Source: Candidatus Iainarchaeum sp. (GTDB lineage: Archaea > Iainarchaeota > Iainarchaeia > Iainarchaeales > JAAZKV01). From it: a stretch of DNA of 64,000 nt. Below, in pieces: positions 1 to 9,283 of the stretch. Position 1 is the first letter of the stretch. Each line of letters starts with the position of its first letter. Where the stretch lies: NCBI GenBank assembly GCA_028691435.1, contig JAQUZG010000003.1, positions 2,605 through 66,604 of the forward strand, written 5' to 3'. Made by a program: the position numbers and the translations under genes. The notes beneath the pieces were generated by a model. That model made no database searches. It saw nothing but the letters and a program-made list of their open reading frames with translations, and was not told where the DNA came from.

Positions 1-2097
1 CTTCGTGTTGAGACATTCTTGGTCTTATTCCCATTACAAATGCTCGTGATGTTGTTTCTTGTCTATCTCCAGTTAATGCAATTCCAACAGGCATTGTTTT
101 GATGAAATTTGGTCGCTTGTATTGCATTGGGATAATTGTTGGTGTTCTTTTGTAAATTGATTTAACATCATCATCAAAAACTAATTTGTGAGACATGATT
201 ACATCAAGTTGACTTAAAACTTTACTATCAATTGCACTTGGTTGCTGTGTTGCAAAAACAAGTGATAAACCTGGTCTTCGTCCTTGTTTTACATATTCAA
301 CAAGTGCGTTACTTGCTGGAGTTTTTTGATTTCCACCTGGAATAAGTGTGTGTGCTTCATCAATAAATAACCAAGTTGGTGGTACATTTAATTCAATTAA
401 ATCATCAACACTTGCTTCTGTTTCAAATTTAGTTGAAGATTCTCTTCTTGTACTAATTTTTCTTGCTTGAAGAAGTCGTCTTGATAAAATTCCAATTACA
501 AGAGCACTTACATTATCTTCTAAAAAACTAGTATCAAGAATTGTCATTTGTCCAGCTCTTGAAAGTATACTTAATGGAGTTCCATTTTCATCAAAAATTC
601 CCCATGATTTTGCAGCATCAAATCTTGAAATTAATGCTCTGATTGAATCTGCTTTGTAACCTTTATCTCTATCATTTAATTCACTATCAAATTCAAAACA
701 ATCAATTAAATCTTGTAAACTAAAAGTGTTTTGTTTTCCTCTTATTTTTTTAGGTTCATCTCCAAGTGTAGTGTAACCAGATTTTACTTTTGCAATTGCT
801 TTATCAAGTAAAAGTCCAGTTGGTGAAAATCTTTCAATACCAAAAGTTAAGCACCAATCTTCGGCAGTTAGAAGTGAAGGTTGTATTGAAAAAGTTTGAT
901 CAAAAGTAGATTTTGGTACAGATGATTTCATTCCAACCGGGATGAAAACTTTTATATTGTCAAGGCCTTGAGGCATTATATTCCATTGTGCAAGTAATTC
1001 AAGTTCTTTATTTTCTCTATTTGGATGTTTCATTGACCAAAATACTCCAATTGGATCAACAACCACAATTCCAACATTTTTATTTTTTAAAGCAAGTTCT
1101 TCAGCTAATACTCCAAGAACATAAGATTTTCCAGATCCTCTTGCACCACAAACAAATACAACGTGTGGGTTTAATCCATCAAGATAAACTGGTGTGTGTT
1201 TCATTGTGTCTTCTTCAATTCTTCCAACAAAAAGTCCAGCTTCATCTCCATAACTTTTTAATATACTTTTTTTTCTTCCAATATATGCATGATTAGTTTG
1301 TGACATTAATAGTTCTAATTTTGGTTTAATGTCATTTGGATCAGATTCTTTTATTTTTCCTTTTTTAGTTGGTTTTTCTTCTTCTTCAATTTCTTCAAGG
1401 TCTTCATCATTTGTTTCATTTTCAATTAATTCTTTTTCATCTTCAATCTTTTTTTTATCTTCTTCTGCTTCTATTTCTTCCTTAGTTCCGTGTTCTTTAA
1501 ATAAATATTCTGCAACTTCATCATCATCTTCAACAGCTTTTTCAGATTTATTTTTAATCACACTTTTAATTATATTATGTTCTTCTTCACTAACATCATA
1601 ATTATTTTCTTCATCAAATTCGCTTTCATCTTCTTCTTCTTCATGAATCTTTAATTCTAATTTGCCCCCGCCTAATCCTTTTTTAATTGAATTTTCAAGT
1701 CCTTCTTCAACTTGTTCATCAAAATCAGATTTTGTTCTATCAAATTTAGTTTTTGTTTTAATTTTAAATTCTTTTTCTTTTTGTTTATCGTTTAAATGAC
1801 TTTTCTTTTTTATTTCTTTAATTTGATCAGTGTCTAAAAATAATTCAGGTTCTTCTTCTGTTGATTTTTCTTCTTCATATTCTGTGTCGTCTTCATCATC
1901 ATCGTCTGTTGATTTTTTATCTTCTTCTTTATTTTTTGATTCTTCTTTTTTTTGTTTTTCACTAATTTCTTTTGCTTTTTGTTTCATTATTTCTTTTGAT
2001 TTCTTTTTTTCTTCATCTTGACCAAAAACATCATCAAAAATATCATCGTCTTCGATTTCTATTTTTTTTTCTACTGAGTTTTCATAAATTGATGCCA
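1..2097 (-). CDS. HerA/DUF87-like P-loop ATPase (FtsK/HerA superfamily), C-terminus runs off the window; N-terminal ~200 aa is acidic/lysine-rich low complexity
   Basis: Minus-strand ORF starts at ATG ~2097 (MASIYENSVEKKIEIEDDD...) and is open to position 1, so it is absent from the ORF track. It has a Walker A 'VFVCGARGSGKSYVLG' and a downstream Walker-B-like 'WLFIDEAHTLIP'. The plus-strand ORFs 988-2021 are antisense low-complexity artefacts. Confidence 0.6.
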
Positions 2098-2277
2098 TTA
2101 AAACCACTAATCAAATATTTGTTTAAATTTTCTTTATTTTTCTTCTAAATATTAATGTTTTTTTATTTAATAAATCTTGCTCTTTATGTGCTTCTTTTAT
2201 TTAATGTATTGTTAATTCTATATATTTTAGTTAACTTTTTATTCTGTTTATTAGTTATATATTATTAGTGATTAAAT

Positions 2278-2718
2278 ATGCCAGTAACTAGAAACAATTT
2301 TGGTGATAGATTAAGTCTTCGTGGAAGAGGAAAGACAGTTTTGCCAAATCCTGATGCGCGATTTCGGGTTGTTCATGGAACGGCTACAATCCCTATTGAT
2401 GAATTAACTGGGCGAGTAAAAAGAGTATCAAAAAAAACTGTTCGTCCTAAACCAGTTGGTGCAATGAAGCATGCGCTTGATTCTCCAATTGTAAATTTTT
2501 TTAAAAAACATATTGGAACTAAATTTTTGTCAGTTTCAGTAGTTGCAAGATTAATTTGTGAAGAATTAGAAAAATCTAAATTTGTTTATCAAACTGGAAA
2601 AAGAGTTACTGAAAAACAATATGGTTTAATTAGTGAAAGAATAACTCAATTAAAAAAAGCTGGAATTATTTCTAAAGATTATTTTTTTGGAAAAGGTGGA
2701 AGTGTAAGAAATAAATAA
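2278..2718 (+). CDS. hypothetical basic protein (possible nucleic-acid binding)
   Basis: 146-aa ORF with AT-rich promoter-like upstream; no family recognised by eye. Confidence 0.4.
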   Translation: MPVTRNNFGDRLSLRGRGKTVLPNPDARFRVVHGTATIPIDELTGRVKRVSKKTVRPKPVGAMKHALDSPIVNFFKKHIGTKFLSVSVVARLICEELEKSKFVYQTGKRVTEKQYGLISERITQLKKAGIISKDYFFGKGGSVRNK

Positions 2719-2797
2719 TTTTAGAATTATTTTTTTATTTAAATTTTAATTAATCTTATATTCTATAGAAAGCTTTTTATTTTAAATAACTGATATA

Positions 2798-3130
2798 TTG
2801 ATAGTTATTTTACTATTTGGAGGAGATTTTATAACTGTTAGTACAATATCAAATTTAAAAAAACCTAAATTAAGAAATTTAAAATTGTCTGCTAAAGATA
2901 ATGCCTTTGCAAGAGCGACAATAATTGCTCAGAGGGTGGGTGTGCCTGTTAGTGAAGTTTTAAAAGAGAGAAAAAATATGTTTGATCAAGCAAGAGGGTT
3001 AAGAAAAGCAAGAGTTGGTGAAGGGGTAATTATTTTATCTAATAATGGAGTTGTTGCAACTAACATTTTGGAAAAAGGCCAAGGAAAAAAATTTGCAAGA
3101 GCACTTGTTAAAAGTAATAAGTATAAATAA
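2798..3130 (+). CDS. hypothetical small basic protein
   Basis: 110-aa ORF; the N-terminus may be over-extended (true start possibly internal). Confidence 0.3.
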   Translation: MIVILLFGGDFITVSTISNLKKPKLRNLKLSAKDNAFARATIIAQRVGVPVSEVLKERKNMFDQARGLRKARVGEGVIILSNNGVVATNILEKGQGKKFARALVKSNKYK

Positions 3131-3157
3131 TTTTTGGAATTTAAAATTGTTTATAAT

Positions 3158-4027
3158 TTATTTTATTGCTTTTATTCCACTAGATTTTTCATTATATTTA
3201 ACTTTTTTGAATCCAACTTGTTCAAGTAGTTTTATCCAGTGTGGATAAGTAATTATTCCTTTTGTTTTTCCTGGTTGGGGCGCATAGTGGTATAATATCC
3301 CACCTTTTTTTAATACTCTATAAAGTTCATGATAAAATTCTATTGAATAAAGTTCTTTTGCAAAAGTTGGTGTTGGGGGGTCATGAATAATTCTGTCAAA
3401 CGTTTCTTCTTTAAATTTTTCAATTCCATAATATACACTTTCATTATGTATAAATATTTTTTTGTTTATAAAAAGTTGTTCTGAGTATGGATTATATTCA
3501 CAAATTCTTAATACATTTTTATCTCTTTCAAAAACATCAACTTGTTCAACTTCGGCTATGCTTGCTTCACTAATTGTAGTATAACCTAACCCACAACAAG
3601 TATCAAGTACTCTTCCTTTAACTGGACTAATTTCTCTAATTTTTGATAAAGTGTCTTCTTTTGGTGTAATATATTTCCATCTATGCATAGGAACTGAAGA
3701 AAGTGTTAAAGTTGGCCAATCTTTAGTTGGAAGTAATTTATAATATAAATTTGTTTCTTCACCAAAAAGTTCAATTCGCTTAATCTCTTTATCTTCAATT
3801 ACATAAACAAAAGATTCTTTTAAATTTTTAAATTCTTTTTCATCAAATTCAATTTTATTTGATTTTTCACTTTTTTCTATGTTAGTTAAATTAATTATTA
3901 CTTTTGCCTCTTTTTTTTCAACAAGTAGCTTATTTTTAGTCTTATTTAAATCAAAGTTTATTGGTTCTTTGTCTTTAATTTTATTAATTTTGTTAGCTGT
4001 TTCACTAGTAAAAAATAATTTATTCAT
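3158..4027 (-). CDS. class I SAM-dependent methyltransferase, RsmD/Trm11-like (N2-guanine RNA MTase type), with K/E-rich N-terminal extension
   Basis: Motif I 'VLDTCCGLGYTTI' followed by motif IV 'IIHDPPTP' (D-P-P-x), the gamma-type order typical of RsmD/Trm11-like RNA m2G methyltransferases. Confidence 0.6.
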   Translation of the reverse strand: MNKLFFTSETANKINKIKDKEPINFDLNKTKNKLLVEKKEAKVIINLTNIEKSEKSNKIEFDEKEFKNLKESFVYVIEDKEIKRIELFGEETNLYYKLLPTKDWPTLTLSSVPMHRWKYITPKEDTLSKIREISPVKGRVLDTCCGLGYTTISEASIAEVEQVDVFERDKNVLRICEYNPYSEQLFINKKIFIHNESVYYGIEKFKEETFDRIIHDPPTPTFAKELYSIEFYHELYRVLKKGGILYHYAPQPGKTKGIITYPHWIKLLEQVGFKKVKYNEKSSGIKAIK

Positions 4028-4179
4028 TAATTCCCAACTCTATTCATTAAATTTAAAAAAATTAGTGATTTTTCGTTAACGAAGATGAACCAGGGATCCT
4101 ACAAGAGGTATGGCTCATCTCCTTTAACTCCCAACACGAATAATTTTATTCTAATAACTCTTTAAAAAGCTAACTTTTT

Positions 4180-4953
4180 TTATTTCACTGAATTAAACCC
4201 ATGTTCTATAATAGCTAATAAATGTAAGACACTTAAATTATGTATATTATTATGATATCTTTCTTTAAATTCGTTAAAATTTCCAATTTTTTCTTCAAAT
4301 TCAGTCCGTAAACCAACTGTGTGTGGGTCTGTATTGACATCTTTTTGATAATCTATTCTTTGTTGTCTTCTTTTAAATATTGTTTCCATGATTTTCTTTC
4401 CTAATTGTCTTTTTTTTGGATCAATAATTAATAATTCATCAAAAGTAAATGATGCAGCTAAATTTAATACACTTTTTTTACTTCTCTCTTCAATATTTTC
4501 TAAAGTAGCTCCATTAAATATAGATTTTATTGAACGATCTATTGCTTGTATATATACTTCAGATGGTCTTAATTTAATTTTTAAAACACTTAAATGTACA
4601 TTTTCTCTTTCTTCATTATATGCTTGTTTAATTAATTTATAAAAAACAAATCTTTCTTTTGGTGTTAAAGGTAATTTATTTATTACTCTAAAACAAAGCT
4701 TTTTTTCTTCTGCAGTTTTAGCATTTCCAACTACTTCTATTAATGCTCCTTGAAGTGAATCAAGTCTTTTTGATAATTCTTTTGAAAATCTTTTTTTACC
4801 AATACATTTTGTTGTTAATTCAACAACTTGTTTTGAAAATAATCCTCTAAAAAATTTTTCTCTAAATGTGAAAGATGTTGATCTATTTAATTTCAAAAGT
4901 CTTGCACTTTCTCTTAAAGCTTTTCTTGGTTGGATTTTAGGCATAAATATCAC
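4180..4953 (-). CDS. hypothetical protein
   Basis: 257-aa ORF, no recognisable family. Confidence 0.4.
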   Translation of the reverse strand: MIFMPKIQPRKALRESARLLKLNRSTSFTFREKFFRGLFSKQVVELTTKCIGKKRFSKELSKRLDSLQGALIEVVGNAKTAEEKKLCFRVINKLPLTPKERFVFYKLIKQAYNEERENVHLSVLKIKLRPSEVYIQAIDRSIKSIFNGATLENIEERSKKSVLNLAASFTFDELLIIDPKKRQLGKKIMETIFKRRQQRIDYQKDVNTDPHTVGLRTEFEEKIGNFNEFKERYHNNIHNLSVLHLLAIIEHGFNSVK

Positions 4954-4974
4954 TATTTTTTTAACTAATTAAAT

Positions 4975-5306
4975 TTATCTATTATCTCCATTTCCTTTTA
5001 ATTGATTTCTTTCTTGTCTATTTGCTAATTTTTCAATGTTCATTTTAGCAATGTCTTCTAATGAAAAGTCTAATTTTGTTGAAAGTAAAGATAAATACCA
5101 TAAAACATCTCCTAATTCTTTAGCAATTTCTTTTTTATATTCTTCGTCAAGTATTCCATTTCTATCTCTATATAACTTTTTTATTTTTCCAGCAACTTCT
5201 CCACTTTCATCACAAAGTCCAAGCACATAATAAACTAAATCATTTTCTTTAATTATTGTTCCAAAATCAGTTTTTTACTTTCATTTTGATATTCACTAAA
5301 ATCCAT
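4975..5306 (-). pseudogene. mazG: MazG-type nucleoside triphosphate pyrophosphohydrolase, interrupted by a frameshift in an A6 homopolymer (minus-strand A6 = plus-strand T6 at 5271-5276)
   Basis: The 3' part (4975-5226, GTG start in the track) encodes '...LGLCDESGEVAGKIKKL...ELGDVLWYLSLL...', classic MazG motifs. An upstream ORF from ATG 5306 (MDFSEYQNESKK...) is in the +1 frame. Inserting one A in the A6 run gives a continuous ~110-aa MazG. Confidence 0.6.
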
Positions 5307-5393
5307 TTTAAAACCTCGCATACCTATAAATAAATAAGTCTTATTATTTTATAAAATGAATTTAAATAATTAGAATTATTTTAAAAAACAAAA

Positions 5394-5930
5394 TTGTTTA
5401 TATTTACTATTTTTCATATTTATATAATGAAAAGAAAAATAATTGTTAATGATTTAATGCAAAAAAATTATTTTTATTATTTAACTGAACAAATGGGAAA
5501 AAATTTTCATTCTGATTTTAAACCCCAGTTAACTCCTAAAGAAATGCTAGAACTTGGTGTATTTGGTGGCAAATATATGACTGATTGTAAAAGTGAATTT
5601 CCAAAAGATTGGTTTACAAAAGCAAAATTATGTGAAACTCATCACGATGCAAATTTAAATTATTTTAAAGTTAATGCTTCAAAATCTCTTTCTTATTGGA
5701 AAGCAAAAGATTGGATATATTTTGAAGATCCAAGAGGATGGTTTCAATGGTATTGTCGTTATTATATGGGGAGACGATGTAATGATGATGAACGACAAAT
5801 TAAGCGATGGAAACAAATGAAACGACATGTTATACAACTACAAAAAAATTGTTTAAAAGGAGATTATTCTTGTAGACCTAAACAAAGACAAGCACTTCTT
5901 CACTGGGCAATTGATTCAAGAAAATTATAA
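5394..5930 (+). CDS. conserved hypothetical protein with Trp/Tyr-rich core ('PRGWFQWYCRYYMGRR...DDERQIKRW')
   Basis: 178-aa ORF. The start may be the internal MKRKII. The strongly conserved-looking aromatic motif suggests an enzyme or nucleotide-binding fold, but the family was not identified. Confidence 0.45.
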   Translation: MFIFTIFHIYIMKRKIIVNDLMQKNYFYYLTEQMGKNFHSDFKPQLTPKEMLELGVFGGKYMTDCKSEFPKDWFTKAKLCETHHDANLNYFKVNASKSLSYWKAKDWIYFEDPRGWFQWYCRYYMGRRCNDDERQIKRWKQMKRHVIQLQKNCLKGDYSCRPKQRQALLHWAIDSRKL

Positions 5931-5999
5931 CTTTATTTTTTAAAAAAAATAGATTTAAATAGTTCTAAATTATTAGTATAACTATTAAAGGTGTAAAAT

Positions 6000-6209
6000 A
6001 TGGGTATAAAAGCAAAACTAAAATCTAAAGAAAATCAAGCTTTTTTAATTCCAATTATTTTTTTAGCAATTTCAATTATTCTCTCTACTCAAACAAAAAC
6101 AATTACATCTACTGAGTTTATTATGGGAATATTTTTTGGAATGGCTTTAGCCTTATTTATTGTTCTAATTTTATTCAAATTGCAAAAAAAGAAAAAGTCT
6201 GATTTGTAA
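6000..6209 (+). CDS. small two-TM membrane protein
   Basis: 69 aa with two hydrophobic helices. Confidence 0.35.
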   Translation: MGIKAKLKSKENQAFLIPIIFLAISIILSTQTKTITSTEFIMGIFFGMALALFIVLILFKLQKKKKSDL

Positions 6210-6326
6210 ATTAAAACAAATCAATTTATGCTTATTATTTATTTTTTGATAATTTGTGCTTTATAAGCTTTTTATTTTAAAAGCTCCACCACTACCTTTT
6301 TAAATTTTAACTAAGTTAATTATTTT

Positions 6327-6418
6327 GCGAAGATGGCAGAGCGGTCAAATGCGCCTGGCTTGAGACCAGGTTCCTTACGGAGCGGGGGTTCAAATCCCTC
6401 TCTTCGCGTTTTTTTATA
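6327..6418 (+). tRNA. tRNA-Ser (anticodon TGA), class II with long variable arm
   Basis: Acceptor GCGAAGA/UCUUCGC; anticodon stem CCUGG/CCAGG with loop CUUGAGA (anticodon UGA); variable arm UCC-UUAC-GGA; T-loop GGGGG-UUCAAAU-CCCUC; no encoded CCA. Confidence 0.8.
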
Positions 6419-6505
6419 ATTTGGTTAAATATATTTTTTATTTTAACCAAAAATAAATATTTTGGTATTTAATTTTAAAATAATTGTCTTAAGATTTTGA
6501 TGAAA

Positions 6506-6904
6506 TTATCTCTTTTTGTATCTAAAGATTTTATTGTATTTGTTATGATCAATTATATCTAATACATCTAAATAAATAGTTATTATTTCAATTTCTGTTT
6601 GATCTCTTTGTTGTTGATTTAATGTATAGATCATTCTCCAATAATTTGGTAAGTCAATTTTCCATAAATTAGTAATATTAAATAATTCAATATATTTTTT
6701 TGGAAAATTCTTTTTTGGAATTTGAATTCCATAATCATAATTTGTTTTTAATAATTCAAATTTTGATTCAATTGATTTTAAAAGTGTTTGATGTATTGAA
6801 CTGGAAATTCCTTTTTCTTTTTCAATTTTAACACTTTCTTTTAATTTCAAATAATCGTCTTTAGCTTCATTTAAAAGTTTTATAATAACTTTTTTTTGAA
6901 CCAT
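6506..6904 (-). CDS. RelE/ParE-like toxin family candidate (C-terminal 'WRMIYTLNQ...EIEIITIYLDVLDIIDH' resembles the RelE/ParE 'YRIIY...ILRIGHR' core)
   Basis: 132-aa ORF immediately downstream of, and co-directional with, a wHTH gene. It lies inside the tRNA-flanked islet. Confidence 0.4.
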   Translation of the reverse strand: MVQKKVIIKLLNEAKDDYLKLKESVKIEKEKGISSSIHQTLLKSIESKFELLKTNYDYGIQIPKKNFPKKYIELFNITNLWKIDLPNYWRMIYTLNQQQRDQTEIEIITIYLDVLDIIDHNKYNKIFRYKKR

Positions 6905-6908
6905 TTAC

Positions 6909-7178
6909 TTACACTTCCAGTGAATTATCTTGCGCAATTCTAAGATTTTTATTTGAATTAAACGTCCAAATAAAACCATTTTTTGTTTCAAGTATTAATC
7001 CTCTTTTTTCTAGATAATCTAAAGTTACATTTAATGTTGATCGCATAACTCCATTATCTAATTTTTCTAGAATTTTATTTCTACTTATTGAAGTATCTGC
7101 GTTTTTAATAACTTCTTCAATAGCCATAACTGTTTTAAGTGTTGGAAAATGTAATACTTCTGTAACTAATTTATTCAT
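6909..7178 (-). CDS. winged-helix DNA-binding protein (putative antitoxin/regulator)
   Basis: 89 aa; predicted HTH plus wing '...SRNKILEKLDNGVMRSTLNVTLDYLEKRGLI...'; 4-bp gap to the downstream gene. Confidence 0.45.
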   Translation of the reverse strand: MNKLVTEVLHFPTLKTVMAIEEVIKNADTSISRNKILEKLDNGVMRSTLNVTLDYLEKRGLILETKNGFIWTFNSNKNLRIAQDNSLEV

Positions 7179-7362
7179 AATATGCCCCCTAATAAATATA
7201 TAAGGGTATAAGTTTATAACTTAATATGATTAATAAAAATATTTTATTTTTACAAAAAAATAATCATTTGAAAGTTTTTAATTGTTCTTAGAGTAATTAG
7301 CCAGTGATATTAATTGTGTGATTCAATGATTACACAACATTTTAAAAAAAATTAGACTTGTA

Positions 7363-7417
7363 AAATGCGCATGGCTTGAGACCAGATTCCTTATGGAGCG
7401 GGGGAGTAAATCCCTAC
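7363..7417 (+). repeat. direct repeat of the 3' two-thirds of tRNA-Ser (pseudo-tRNA fragment; putative attR)
   Basis: 'aaatgcgcatggcttgagaccagattccttatggagcgggggagtaaatccct' versus tRNA 6347-6413 'aaatgcgcctggcttgagaccaggttccttacggagcgggggttcaaatccct'; no acceptor 5' strand or D-arm. Confidence 0.5.
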
Positions 7418-7454
7418 TTTCTTATTTTTATTTCTATTTTTTTTAATTAATTTG

Positions 7455-8009
7455 TTATGTAATAGTTAGCTTGTATTTTTTACACAGTTCTCTAAATTTT
7501 ATAACATTATTTTCACCATGTTTTCTTAAATCTTTTTCAATAGTTTCAATTGATTTTTTTTGATGATTTTCTTTTGGTAATTTTCCATAAAATTTATCTG
7601 CTAAACAAATTATTTCTTCTTCAATTGTTTGTGGAATCATATCTTTTTTTGGAAGTGGTAATTGTCTTGCAATTATATCTTTTTTTGTTAATCCAACTCC
7701 TGTATGTCTTTCACAAACTAATCCATGTTTAGGAAAACCTTCTTTTTCAAGTAAATTTTTTCCAAGTGTACCGTGTTCAATATATTTGTGTGTTCCACTA
7801 CAAAAGATTTCTTGTGCATTAGTTTGAAATATTCCAATATCATGTAACATAGAAGCTTCTTTAATAAATTCTAAATCTGGATTTAATTCAAGATTGTTTT
7901 TAGCAATTTCTAATGCAAAATCTCTAACTTTAATTGAATGTTGTATTAAAATATGGTATAATTTTGACTTAGGGTCATAATATTTTTCAATAATTACAAA
8001 AGGATCCAT
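7455..8009 (-). CDS. HD-domain (HDIG-type) metal-dependent phosphohydrolase
   Basis: Motifs 'HSIKVRDFA' and 'MLHDIGIF' (H...HD). Confidence 0.7.
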   Translation of the reverse strand: MDPFVIIEKYYDPKSKLYHILIQHSIKVRDFALEIAKNNLELNPDLEFIKEASMLHDIGIFQTNAQEIFCSGTHKYIEHGTLGKNLLEKEGFPKHGLVCERHTGVGLTKKDIIARQLPLPKKDMIPQTIEEEIICLADKFYGKLPKENHQKKSIETIEKDLRKHGENNVIKFRELCKKYKLTIT

Positions 8010-8092
8010 AATTAAATTATTAATAGGTAAATTAAAAAATAAATTCTATAAATTGTAGTTAATCCTGATTACCAAATTAATTTATAATATAA

Positions 8093-8731
8093 TTATAATT
8101 CTCCATCAAATTCTTTGTTTAATCTTTCAAAAAACTTTTCCATAAACTCATGTCTTTCTTTAGCAAGTCTTTTTCCTTCAGTAGTTAATAATTTGTCTTT
8201 TATTTTAATTAACTTTACTAAATATTCTCTATATGCTGTGTCTTCTTTTGAATATTCTTCAGTGTTGTCTAAATTTACATTTTTATCATGTAATCGTGCA
8301 CCAATTTCTCCAGAAAATAAAAATGCTCTTCCAATTCCTGTTGCCCCTATTGAATCAAGTTTATCAGCATCATATAAAATTTTTGCTTCTAAAGAGATTG
8401 GAATATCTTTTCCTCTAAATCTATGTGTTGCAATACAATGGATAATTTTTTCAATTTTTTCTTTATCAAAATCCATCTGTAACAATAATTCTTTTGCCAT
8501 TGTTGCGCCATGTTTTGCATGACAAATTGAACCATTTGTTCTATCTTGTTCAGGTCTAGCTATGTCATGTAATATTGCTGCAATTTCAAGAATTTCTAAA
8601 TCTGCATTTTCTTTTTTACCAATATGCATACATAAATTATGTACTCTTAATGTGTGATCTAAATCATGGCTTCCTTTTGAATCAAGAAATATATTTGTAG
8701 CATAATCTTTAATCAAATTAAGTTTTTCCAT
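8093..8731 (-). CDS. HD-domain phosphohydrolase
   Basis: 'HTLRVHNL...AAILHDIARPE...DADKLDSIGA' HD signature. Confidence 0.7.
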   Translation of the reverse strand: MEKLNLIKDYATNIFLDSKGSHDLDHTLRVHNLCMHIGKKENADLEILEIAAILHDIARPEQDRTNGSICHAKHGATMAKELLLQMDFDKEKIEKIIHCIATHRFRGKDIPISLEAKILYDADKLDSIGATGIGRAFLFSGEIGARLHDKNVNLDNTEEYSKEDTAYREYLVKLIKIKDKLLTTEGKRLAKERHEFMEKFFERLNKEFDGEL

Positions 8732-8820
8732 GTATATATCTTTTTTTCTAAAATGTTATTAATCTATTGTTTATTTGAGTAATACTTTATTGAAATAAAT
8801 TCTTTTTTTAAAACAATGGT

Positions 8821-9246
8821 GTGCATATATACTTGATAAGTATGCAAGAAAATCAAGATATTAATTGGCCAGAAATGTTTGAAGCTTTTAGTGAATTAAA
8901 AATTTGTGCAAATGAAGATAGAAAAAAACTAATTATTCAAGCTTTGTTAAACTTACCAGTTGATTTAATTGATGAAGTTATGAAAAAATGCTTTTATGTT
9001 TGTAAATTAAATGATGACTGTAATCAAATTATTCCTTCTAGGTTAATTGGTGAAAAATCAATAATTTTTTTATCTGATGATGTTTTTGATCAGCCAAAAG
9101 AAAAAATTCTATTTATTATTCTTTGTCAAACAGCTCATGTTTTATTAGATCATAAAAGTCAATCTTGTGACGAAATTTATGATGATGAAATTATTGCTCA
9201 AGAAGATGAAGCTAAAAAATTTGCTAAACTATATTTTAATATTTGA
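8821..9246 (+). CDS. hypothetical protein
   Basis: 141-aa ORF; followed by a perfect 16-bp hairpin. Confidence 0.35.
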   Translation: MHIYLISMQENQDINWPEMFEAFSELKICANEDRKKLIIQALLNLPVDLIDEVMKKCFYVCKLNDDCNQIIPSRLIGEKSIIFLSDDVFDQPKEKILFIILCQTAHVLLDHKSQSCDEIYDDEIIAQEDEAKKFAKLYFNI

Positions 9247-9283
9247 ATTGAAAGAGCAGCTTATTCCTGCTCTTTTCAATTCA
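9244..9283 (+). terminator. perfect 16-bp stem hairpin (tgaattgaaagagcag-cttattc-ctgctcttttcaattca) directly after the stop codon
   Basis: Inverted repeat read directly from sequence. Confidence 0.5.

Noticed and set aside
988-2021. Three plus-strand ORFs (988..1296, 1329..1601, 1830..2021) with S/F/L-rich low-complexity products
   Set aside because: They are antisense to the long HerA-like minus-strand reading frame, whose codons are K/E/D-rich and give mirror-image low complexity, and they have no homology features.
4075-4145. GC-richer patch with palindrome TTCGTTAACGAA and imperfect GATGAACC/GGCTCATC pairing, considered as a C/D-box sRNA
   Set aside because: There are no canonical C (RUGAUGA) or D (CUGA) boxes in the right arrangement, and it is too short to judge. 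It is possibly just a terminator/promoter region.
7340-7430. Second tRNA-Ser-like sequence, considered as a full tRNA gene
   Set aside because: The acceptor 5' strand and D-arm are absent upstream. It is only a partial 3' copy, so it is called a repeat/att remnant instead.
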